The notes under the pieces: model-generated
Databases searched by the model: none
What the model was told of the DNA's origin: nothing
Seen by the model: the letters and a program-made list of their open reading frames with translations, nothing else
Position numbers and translations under genes: made by a program
Part shown: piece by piece, positions 12,001-24,000 of the stretch
Layout: every line of letters begins with the position of its first letter
Position numbering within the stretch: position 1 is the stretch's first letter
From: Amphiscolops sp. MND2022
Taxonomy: Eukaryota
Length of the DNA: 64,000 nucleotides
Direction of reading: 5' to 3'
NCBI GenBank assembly: GCA_964187785.1
Contig: OZ076414.1
Coordinates: forward strand, 55,676,001-55,740,000

Positions 12001-15000
12001 ATCCCAGACCTCGTAAGGTTCACCTGAGATTTTCTTTGAGGTTAAAGAGATTTTCATTCTCTTTAATCTTAAGGGTCTGATCTGGTTTCTTTTGATCTTT
12101 GTTTAATGTTAATTATATATCAGTTTTTTGCGTTGTGATATTATTGGTCAGAAATCACAAGAATGTACTTAACCAATGTAGAGTCACTCAGTTTATTGTA
12201 ACCAATCAAAGGAGAGTTATAGATTCTCTCTTTAGTCTGAACAATATCATTTTATTCTGCAATCATGCCTAAGAGAAAGTTAACTAGTCGTGAAAAAGTC
12301 GGAGCGGAGTTCGGAATCCATGAACACAGAGGCACTAAGGAGAGGTGTGCCATCTGTCTTACACTTCGGAGGAAATGTTGGTGCTCGTGGGTTAGTTGCG
12401 GAGTGTGTGACTTTGTCTTCTGTAGAGCTGTCTGCTCTCAGTACATAGACAAATGTCCACACTGTCGCTCTACCTCTCTGAACATCCAACAGGAGTCAGA
12501 GGACGATGTCATCATGTCATCGAGCGACTAGTAAGTCAACTTTCTTTTCAACCCAGCCCTTTTAAGGGCTACCCTGTGCGAGAGATTGAAGTTGAAATGT
12601 TATTGCTTTCAATTTTTTCAATTGCATTGGTTTAATAATCGAATAGTTAAATTTCTATTTCACATGTGGGAAAAAAACTTCATCTTGAAGAAATCCATGC
12701 AAATATATTTTTTCAAGAGTCTATAAAACCATACATTTCCAGAATCCTCATGAAAAATACATGTCAGAAAACAATTCTAAAACTTGAAAAAATGTTTAAA
12801 GAAATTTTTTAGTGATTTTAGTGGAAAATATTAAGGAAAAATGATTTTTTCAAAAGTCTATAAAACCATACATTTCCAGAATCCTCATGAAAAATACATG
12901 TCAGAAAACAATTCTAAAACTTGAAAAAATGTTTAGAGAATTTTTTTAGTGATTTTAGTGGAAAATATTAAGAAAAGATGATTTTTTCAAAAGTCTATAA
13001 AACCATACATTTCCAGAATCCTCATGAAAAATACATGTCAGAAAACAATTCTAAAACTTGAAAAAACGTTTCGACAAAAATTTCTTGAAAAATTTCGAGA
13101 AAAAATGAAAAAAAATCAAAAAAAAATATTTTTTAAAAGTTCATTAAACCATACATTTTCAGAATCCTCATAACAAATACATCCCAGAAAACATATATAC
13201 AACTCAAAAAAACGTTTCAACAAATATTTCTCGAAAAAATTCGAGAAAAAATGAAAAAAAAATCAAAAAAAAATATTTTTTAAAAGTCCATTAAACCATA
13301 CATTTTCAGAATCCTCATAACAAGTACATCTCAGAAAACATATATACAACTCGAAAAAACGTTTCGACAAAAATTTCTTGAAAAATTTCGGGAAAAAATA
13401 TGAAAAAAAATCAAAAAAATTTTTTAAAAAAAGTTCATTAAACCATACATTTTCAGAATCCTCATAACAAATACATCTCAGAAAACATATATACAACTCA
13501 AAAAAACGTTTCAACAAATATTTCTCGAAAAAATTCGAGAAAAAATGAAAAAAAATCAAAAAAAAATATTTTTTAAAAGTCCATTAAACCATACATTTTC
13601 AGAATCCTCATAACAAGTACATCTCAGAAAACATATATACAACTCGAAAAAACGTTTCGACAAAAATTTCTTGAAAAATTTCGAGAAAAAATGAAAAAAA
13701 ATCAAAAAAAAATATTTTTTAAAAGTCCATTAAACCATACATTTTCAGAATCCTCATAACAAGTACATCTCAGAAAACATATATACAACTCGAAAAAACG
13801 TTTCGACAAAAATTTCTTGAAAAATTTCGAGAAAATATATGAAAAAAAATCAAAAAAATTTTTTTTTCGAAAGTTCATTAAACCATACATTTTCAGAATC
13901 CTCATAACAAGTACATCTCAGAAAACATATATACAACTCGAAAAAACGTTCCGACAAAAATTTCTTGGAAAATTTCGGGAAAAAATATGAAAAAAAAATC
14001 AAAAAAATTTTTTTAAAAAAAGTTCATTAAACCATACATTTTCAGAATCCTCATAACAAATACATCCCAGAAAACATATACAACTCAAAAAAACGTTTCA
14101 ACAAATATTTCTCGAAAAAATTCGAGAAAAAATGAAAAAAAAATCAAAAAAAATATTTTTTAAAAGTCCATTAAACCATACATTTTCAGAATCCTCATAA
14201 CAAGTACATCTCAGAAAACATATATACAACTCGAAAAAACGTTTCGACAAAAATTTCTTGAAAAATTTCGAGAAAATATATGAAAAAAAATCAAAAAAAA
14301 AATTTTTTTGAAAGTCCATTAAACCATACATTTTCAGAATCCTCATAACAAGTACATCTCAGAAAACATATATACAACTCGAAAAAACGTTTCGACAAAA
14401 ATTTCTTGAAAAATTTCGAGAAAAAATGAAAAAAAATCAAAAAAAAATTTTTTTTAAAAAAGTCCATCAAACCATACATTTTCAGAATCCTCATAACAAG
14501 TACATCTCAGAAAACATATATACAACTCGAAAAAACGTTTCGACAAAAATTTCTTGAAAAATTTCGGGAAAAAATATGAAAAAAAATCAAAAAAAAATTT
14601 TAAAAAAAGTTCATTAAACCATACATTTTCAGAATCCTCATAACAAATACATCCCAGAAAACATATATACAACTCAAAAAAACGTTTCAACAAATATTTC
14701 TCGAAAAAATTCGAGAAAAATATGAAAAAAAAAATCAAAAAATTTTTTTTTCAAAAGTCCAATAAACCATACATTTTCAGAATCCTCATAACAAGTACAT
14801 CTCAGAAAACATATATACAACTCGAAAAAACGTTTCGACAAAAATTTCTTGAAAAAATTCGAGAAAAATATTTTAAAAAATAAAAAAAATTTCAAAAGTC
14901 TATAAAACCATACATTTTCAGAAACCTCATGAAAAATACATCACAGAAGTCAGTTGTAAAAGTGGAAAAAATGTTTAGAGGAAATTTTTTGTTGATTTTA

Positions 15001-18000
15001 GTTAAAAAAAAAAGAAAAGAGTTTTTCAAAAGTCTATAAAACCATACATTTCCAGAATCCTAATGACTCGAGAAATTATGAAGAAATTTTTTGAGATCTT
15101 TGGAATTAATTTACAAAAAACTTTCACAATACTCAAATGTCACTTGAAAAAAAATGGAAATGAAGAAAGTTTATTATAGAAACTCAGCAAAAAAACGTAA
15201 TATTAAACTATCACAAACGTACGATAAATTTCCATATTTGTAGAGTACATGGGCAAAATAAATACAGTATAGTCCACATAAGTCTTGTCTTTGCAACCGA
15301 AAATTACACAAGAGTTTCACTGATCGGTTCGAATTGAATCGTATCTTTCTGTAGTAGTCCAACGGTCTTCCCAAGGAATCACCAAAATAGAGTATTCCGT
15401 CTCGATCCGCAATCATCACCCAATGGGTTCCGGGTTCAGTACTCGAGTCGCTGTTAATTAAACAGAAACTATTTTTGTCAATATTAAATGGAACCATATC
15501 TGCGGGAAAAGATCCCAAATATTTATACTTCAAGTTTTTAATTTTCGAGACAATAGATAATAGTTGTTCATTATCCATTCTTAACAACTGTTCCACTTTT
15601 GTCTAAATAAATTGTTGACAATCGTTCACCGAGGACAATCACTTCAATTGTTTCAGTCAGTGCTGTCTGGAAGAAAAGTTCTAGTCTGAGACTGGCAGCG
15701 ACTACATCAGGATAATACATTTGGACATTAGCCTCTTGTGTGGAGGTCAGATCAAACACTTGGACGAAATGATTCTCATACTCTGACAAAGGTATGTTTG
15801 GACCATCATCCTCAAATTTTAGAGCTTTCATCGTGGTAACATAAGTCTGAACAATATTTCTTGTATCCATCCTGACAATAACTTGATTTCCCCTCACGAT
15901 TCGCACTTCTCTAAGATCAAATTTTCTATAGTGAAAAGGGTTTGTTCCCAAAGTTCCAGTGAAAGCAGTGTTTGTATTCATTGCGATAGCTATTCGCCTA
16001 ATTGGTGCATTGTTGAAAATGTTCTCGTGAATAAACTGGTTCTGGTTGTTTGGAATAATGAATGTTTTACTAAGAACCTCTGTAAAGTTGTAACGAGCTG
16101 GTCTCTCCTTGATTGTTGCCTGGATAGTACGGATACAAGGTTCATCCACTGCAACTACTCTAGTAAAAAGAGAAGCTTCCTTGATTGTAGCATGGAAATT
16201 CTTTGTTTGGGTACTAATGAGATAAAAATTCGGTCGTGAACGAATGAGTCGAATTCTAACTTTGATATTGGGTAGAAGAAATTTGTCGCAAGTGAACACA
16301 TCGATCGCTAGCTTTCCATAAAACATTTTTTCTCCAGTGTTCACTGTCATTACTTTCCCCGTGAAAGGAGCGGAAGTAAAGTCGTTTGGGATATTTTCAT
16401 ACTGGTACCCTTGACATATTCCAATAGAATCTTTCAGACCTCGAGTTCCAGAAAATTCATTTGAAATTTGTGCTTTGTGAGGATACAATCCATTAGAAGT
16501 ATAAATTTGTTCATTGTTGAAGTAAACTTCACAGTTGGAGAAAAGCGAATGTAACGCATTGTTACTGAACATGACTTCATCTGCGTTTTCTAAGGCTACG
16601 CCATCCTTTTTCACTTCAACTTTCAATAGTAAATAAGTTTCCTGTAAGTCCAACATTACATTACGATCTGTCTCTAGATGGAAATCAATACTAGCTTCAT
16701 TCAGTGAATTAGTAGGGAAAGTCTGTTGAGTGTTGGACCAAAGAATAGGTTCCAAAATTGGAACTCCATCAAAAACATCTATTGAGGAGTGATTCACAGG
16801 AGTGGGTACAGACATTACTCTTTAATCTTTTTAAAGAAATCTTCGCGACTGCGTTTTCTCTTCTTTCGTTTAGAAATGAACCTTTTTGCTTTCCCTTTCG
16901 ACCTCCTAATTTTTTTCCGATGACCTCCTCCAATTTGTTTTTTTAATGTTGAAGAAGCTGTTTTCCTGATTGCTTTTTTGACGGATGATTTTCCGCTGAG
17001 GACATCCTCAACTTGCGGTATGGCTATATCGATAGCATCTCTTCCAATTTTTTTTGCAGCTGGTACAACAAAGCGTTTCAAGATAGGAAAAGCGGTACGA
17101 GCAATCGTACCAGCAAGTGCTCCGAGTCCTCTCCCTCGTTGACGTGGAACGCCACTAAAGTGAGGTAAATGAACATTTCTCATGATCAGATTGGAATCGA
17201 GTCTTTGGGACTAGCTTTCGTTTTTCTGAAAAGTAAAGTGAGTCGTGTTATGCCGACTGCAACGAAAGGGATTAATTCTCCTGTCGGACTTCTCAGTTCA
17301 ACTTTGATTGAATGTATTGAATTTTTCAAAAGTCTTCTGAATTGTAAATTGTCGAACGAAACATAATTGGAATACTTTGTGACGGATATAGAATCTCTTT
17401 GAATTTTATTATTGAACGGAAAGCATCTCAGAATTGGAGCTTTGGTATCACCAATGATTGAAAATTCAACGATATCAGTGTATACCATGACAGAGTGGAA
17501 ACGCAGAATATCTATTGGAAACTCACTCCTGTGAGGACCTTTGCTACTAAACCACACTGACTGACTAAAACCCAGTATCGAACATAAGTCCTGACTAGCG
17601 AAAACTAGTTGTGACTTGTCAGATGCTAACTCAATTTCACAGTGTCTAGTAATTGAATCAACCTTCCATTTTAGTTCGACACTTTGTCTGTTGCGCAACC
17701 TGAGTGCATCATTCATCGACTGAAAAATCTCATCTAATGATAAATACATTCCAGGCAGAATAGTCACAGATTCGTAAGATTCATTCAATGCTTCCCTCGT
17801 TTCTTCATTGTTGCTTTTTTTGGAAGTACTTCTCTGTGGTACGTACCAAAATTTACCCTCAGTAATGTTGTTATAAAGAGCAGGGTAAGTGATTTCAAGA
17901 AGAGCTACCTCCCAATCACCATCTAAGTACAATTGTTCGGGAAGAAAATTGGTAAACGAAGCAAGTGTATTGTCAGGGTAAATAGAAGAAGAAGCGTTCG

Positions 18001-21000
18001 AAACCAACTCGACAATAAAGTTATCCATCTGTCAAGTGATTTGACGAGACAATTCTGATTGGTAAAACTTTCCCAAAATTGTTTCTCCAGTCTGATCTTT
18101 GATTATGTAGGTAACAATAGGGTAGCGAGTAGCAATTTTAGTAATAGTGAACAATTCATCTGTGAATTGGGATTTATATCCTCGTCGAAAGGCTTTATCA
18201 ACTTTTGCGATTCGGACTCTGTCTCCGACGGAAAACTTTGCTTTACTTTGTCCAATTTTGAGAGGGTTGTACGAATTTCTGGCACCATACAAAACCTGAA
18301 GAAAATGTTCGTTCATCACATGCTTAGGTGCTAAGTTGGTGGCCGAGGACACGCGTGAATTTAGTGTTTCAACGAATGCGGGAAGCTCTTTCAAGTAATT
18401 GAAAGTATTCTTCTCCTCTAGATAACGATAGATAACATTTTTCAAGGATCGGATAACTCTTTCCGCGTAGGCTGCTTTAGTTTCACTGTTTGTATGATAA
18501 ACGACAATACCAACATCTTCACAAAAATTTTTAAAGTCACCGAGGAACTCTTTTCCACGATCAATCCAAAGTTTCTTGGGAAAATCCAATCCACTTGACG
18601 AACGTCCACACATCTTGACAAATGCATTTTCAGTACTTTTCGCACTCTTCGATTTCAGAGGTTCTACACGAACGAATCGTGAAAAAATGTCAACTGCAAC
18701 CAGTAAATACTTAACTCCTGAATTGTCAGATGCTAGTTTATCCATTTGCGCTAAATCCAGGCACCAAATATCATTGATAAATCTAGCTCGAGCAGAAAGT
18801 CGAACAAATTTTCCTCGTCTCTGTTTAAACTTTGTATAAGCACTCTTTGATTCGAGAAACGTTTCTACTTTCTTACGGGTAAGGCCACTGCTTTTACATA
18901 AACTTTTGATTGATCCATATGCTGAAGGACCTTTTCTGTACAATTTATTCAATTGTAATCTTTCAGAAAGCGTAATAGACCCATCCGGCATTGTCGTCAT
19001 TAAAAGCTTTAGAATTTTGAACAGTTGTTGGATCAAGATCTAGAACATTCAAAATTATTGTGAAGCGTGGATCGAATTCACCTTTCTTGCGTGTCAAGTT
19101 TGAAATAAAGTCCTCCACATCAATTTCAGTGTCAATATCGTCAACTATTATAGTTTTGTTGATCGAAAACTTGATGGAATCGTTCGTTGTCAGCTTTTTG
19201 AGAATTTTTTTTGCCGAGGAATTGTTCTTGTATTTATTCTCCAAGGTTTCTTCGAAATTGGGTAGCGACGATTTCAGAGGCGAATGGGGAGCAACTTTAC
19301 TAGTTTTATATTTAGGTTCAAAAACCATCGACTTACGATCAGTCTTCGGGGTTAATGACCCTCCTAATTTGAGATAAACTTGTCCTGGTGATTTTTCTTT
19401 TGTAGTTGTGGGTTCGAAGTAACTGTTGAATCGATTTTCCCACAAAGATAAGGGAATCAAGACAAACTTACTTTTGTCCATCAATCAAAATTATGTGCAA
19501 ACTTTTTCAAAACGCAACCACCAATCAATCTGATTAGCGAGAGTCCCTTCTCACTAGCTAGCAAAGCACGTCTTGTTCTCACAGAAGTCTTTGGGGAAAT
19601 TATCCGAATGATTAAAGATTCAAACCGTTTGATTTGCTTTCTCCGAATATCACAGAGATTCCCTTCTAGTAGATTTTTAACACACTCACATAAGAAACGA
19701 AGAAAGTCTTTGGAACATTTTTTGAGGAAAATTTTTTGGAGGGTTTTGTTGAAAGTCAGAAAGAGCTTCAGAGTAAAGTAATTCAGTGGTTTGATCATCT
19801 AACTCACACTGCCGAGCTCTACTGCTAGGTAGGTAAAACTGCGAAGGAAATGAAGTACAGTTTGTACAATAACGTATGAGATCATGAGTTTTTGGACTAA
19901 GGTCAATCATCAAGTGACCGAAAGGTTTTGTAGTAGCATCAATGTACCAATCTACTAGTTGACGTCCAATTCCTAATTGACGACTGAGAACTTTTACTTG
20001 TTGTACGTCACGCGGCGATTTGAAAAGAACAATATGCGTATTTTGTAGATCTATATCCCTACCGTTAGAGGATTTGTGAAAGAGATTGTGTTTAATGTAA
20101 ATACAACTCAACTTTTTGTGTCTTCCTGCAGTAGCCAAGTCGATGAATTTTTGCGATTTGTAAATTTCTTGACAGGAATCATCGAACACTAAAAGATAAT
20201 TGGTTCCATTATCTGGTAGATTGTCAATTAGATCAAAATCTAGCGATCCGATGAATTCTAACTTTGGAAACTCGCGAGTCATTTGTTCAAATAGAGGTTG
20301 ACTGTGTTTGAAAAAATACAAAACTTTGTCAAACTCAGGGAAAAAAGTTCTGCTTTTCAACATATCGAAAATCAAATGGGACTTTCCACAACCAGATGGA
20401 CCTACTATAGACATGAAAATCCTGTCTTTGGTGGAAATAATTTTGTTCATGTTAAGGTCTCGGAGAAGGTAAGATATAGCCAACAGCCCACGTTAAAATT
20501 GCAACCCAAACAGTTGACTCTTCACAAGAATTTGATAAAGCAATGCAAGTGATTGACGTTGAAACTAAAATGAAAATTAATAAACACTGAAAGAAAAAGA
20601 GGCTTGCGGATCTCGAACATTCTCGTCCCAAAAAGAACCAAGGTGATCGTTCTTGATTGTTTGAGTCAAACACAATCTGTTGAGGTGTAATTGTTTCCAA
20701 ACCATCAACACCATCACTCATTTCCGTGATCCAACAAACTAGATTTTGTGGTTGAATTTGGATAATGAGGAGACGATCATGATTTTGAAACAGTAAACCT
20801 AATCACACATCGAAATCACTGAAAAGCTTGGAATTATAGAACTTCAAATAGAGACAATAAAATAAACCAGTAATGTGTCCCAATAAACAAGAATTTGGTA
20901 GAATGGTATTGCTTTTGAAAACGTAACAATATCCGGCTCCTCTTGAATACGTTGTTTTCATGAAACCAGATGCGTCATGTAAAACTGCATGCATTCGGAA

Positions 21001-24000
21001 ACACTTCAGTCCACTGAATACTGCCTCGAGAGTTGAGTCACCAATTCCTATCAAACCGCCGAAAGGAGCTTGTCGATCAATTTCTATTAAATCAACTTCT
21101 GAACTGATGGAGAGACAACACGCCAAGAAAAAATTTTTACGTTTAGAATTTTTCTGGAAATGAGTATTGGTGGATATTTCTTTTTCAAGTGACAGAATCG
21201 AGTTCAAATTCATTGTTAGCCAAATGTTCACTGAGACTGTTCCAAAATGTCAATTTCAGGTACTGATATTGTTGACGTACAAAATTGTTTTAGTCGCAGG
21301 TATTCTTGACTAGAAAGGGCTAAGCTATTGATTGTAACAAACTTTGTCTTTTTAAATTGTTTAACTTCAATTTTACAGTTTGCAATTTTGTTATCTGTAC
21401 CCCAGAATGTCAATTCAAGTCTCCGTCTTCCGTTCGAATATTTGAAAGACTTGGAGTCTTTTATTGAGACAATTTCAATTTCTTTAGGTAACAGACTCGC
21501 TTCCAGTAGACTTAATTGTAAATGAAATTCAGGCTGACACTTGGATCCAAAAGTTTTGCACTCAATGAATTCAATTGTTCTTTTAACTTTTTTCCTTGTA
21601 ATAAGTTTTCTATTCTCTCCTATATCAATCATTATTCTATCCGACTCAATTCTAATGAAAAATGATTCATAATGAAAGCTCGATTATTTTTCACACGACG
21701 AGAAAGATGAATACAAAATACTTCAAAATACAACCATAACGAAAATAAAAAAGAACATTTAATCAAACTCTAAATGTGAATGTAGAGTTTTTCTTCCACA
21801 TTTTGTACTTTCTCAGTGATTCTCTCACAACTGCTTCCATCAGTTGACTATCGTGTCGTATTAGTTCCTCGAGTTCACCAACTCGCAGACTGAGTGCACC
21901 TTTCCGGATGAATTGATCATGTGTATCATTTCTAGTGTAGAGTTTCAATTGAATATATGTCTTTGAATAGTCGGTATTGTCATAGACTTTGAGGGACGCT
22001 CCCACAAATCGTCTCGGAGACTCACAAATATCCCAAAATTTAATTCCTTTCTCTCGATCTTCTTCCAAAGTAGGGAAATTGGACGGAGAATGACTTTGTG
22101 GGAAGTCTTGAATGTCTGTTCCATAGTTTGTATCTCCTTTGATGCACTCAAATTGTGTGTGAGAATCTTTATTGATTCGTTCCATACTTGACAATAATTG
22201 ACGAGTTTCATATAGAGAAAGAATAACGAGTTGATGTACTTTGTATTCCCCTCTGTCCTTCTTGAGAAGTTTGAAATGAACCCAGTCCGAAACTGTTTCC
22301 CTCTCATTTGAGTATTTTGGAATGTATACTCTAAGAGTTCTGAAAGGTACGAGGGAAAAGTCCCAACAATTTTCTTGTTCCAAAACTCCAACAGAATCTC
22401 GTTCTCTGTAATTGTTCAATGTTCGAAGTCCCAAAGTCCCAACTCCCATCTTAGGCTCAGTATTGGGTTCACTTGATGAAATGGAGGAAAGACTTCTTTT
22501 CATCTTGGTTGAATGTTTCAGGTAAAAGTAAAGTTAAAGTAGCTAGTAAAAAGATTAATAATTTTATTTATAATGAAGATGGAAGTAGATGTACCGAGTT
22601 CTTGAATTCCAGTTAAAAGGTGAAATAATGTTGAGTAGAATGACGAGTTGAATATTGACGTGACTATAATTGAACAAATGAAAGATTTCAAAAATCTGAT
22701 TCGCTTACACTTATGCTCGTTTGCTTGTCCTCGAGAGGACCAATCAAAAGGTTCGAATCATCGTTCTCGTCTCTCGTGTCTAGTCGGTGCCTCTTTCCTT
22801 CAATGGCCGAAGTTCCCATTCGCGGAATTCTCCTTTTGCGAGTCGCGACATTATCGTTGGCAGTTGACTGAGTGAATGAACTCTGATCGTTCAGTTCCCA
22901 GGCACCTTCCAACCTTTCCATGTCGTCTAAAAGTCCCAATTGATTGGCTGACAGCGGACAACGTGATAAGTCATGTTCGTAGAAAATCTCTCTCACACTT
23001 GGAGATATTGATTCACAATTCGTTACAGGTTGTAAAAGTAAGGTTGGGGTAGGGTCCAAAAATTGATGGCTAGGAATATTTTTGCGATGTAAAACTAACG
23101 ATGATAAGGCTACATCACTTTCTTGTTTCACACAGTGCATCCAAAGGTGGGACATTGAGAAGAGAACATCAGGAATGCAAATTTTGTTTGACACACTCCA
23201 ATCGTCCTGAAAAATTCGACTCTCTGTAACAAATACAATCTCTCCATTAGCTTCGTCCCAATGAAAAGTGATCTTTTCTTTGTCAGGTATTGTTTCAAAG
23301 CTGAATACTTTCATTTTAACAGTAGAATGAAATTTTAGGTGTCTAGTCTGGAGGAGATATGCAATGGAATGACTGTCGCCTGAAATCAATCAAGACGACC
23401 AACTCTCCAATAACAAAAATCTGTGATTGGTCACGACTTGGAATTTTCACTCTCTATCACACATTTGGAGAGGAATATCTTCTAGTGAAATCAGAGAATT
23501 AACTTCATTGGCTGTCACTCTAAATCATGAACTCGATCAAACGATTCAACACTTTCTCGCGAACCAATCAGAATTTTGTATTCGAGTTTATTATTTTCAA
23601 AATTAAAAGGAACTGACTAATTCAAAAGTTCCTACTTTTCACTCGCGATGCGTCATTTTTATCATTTCATTTTGCAGATAAAACCTTTCGTAGTACTTCG
23701 TTACTTTTCATTTTTGTAATAAATCTTTTCACTTTTGTGAATAACATTTTTCATGGCTTGTGGAACCCCCGATTTATTTCCACCTTTTTTTCAATCTTTC
23801 ACAGACTGTTGTTTGTTGGTCATTTTTGAATCTCAACCTTCACAAATCGACTTGAATAATTTCGAACAGTACGTCGTCGGTTCACATACAAAAATTTGTA
23901 AACAAGTTAACTGTTCTACTCACATAATTTTCTTTGATTCTCTCATACATTCCAAAGTAACCAAAATTTTTACGTCTACGAGTTTCAGATCACAACAGGT

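Noticed and set aside
11600-12600. Histone genes upstream of the histone-like stem-loops
   Set aside because: Neither ORF has a histone fold or tail sequence; only the RNA element resembles histone genes.
13263-14895. Several F/K-rich minus-strand ORFs (e.g. MIFFHFFSNFFEK...)
   Set aside because: Translation artefacts of the 147-bp satellite; frames break at variable A-tracts.
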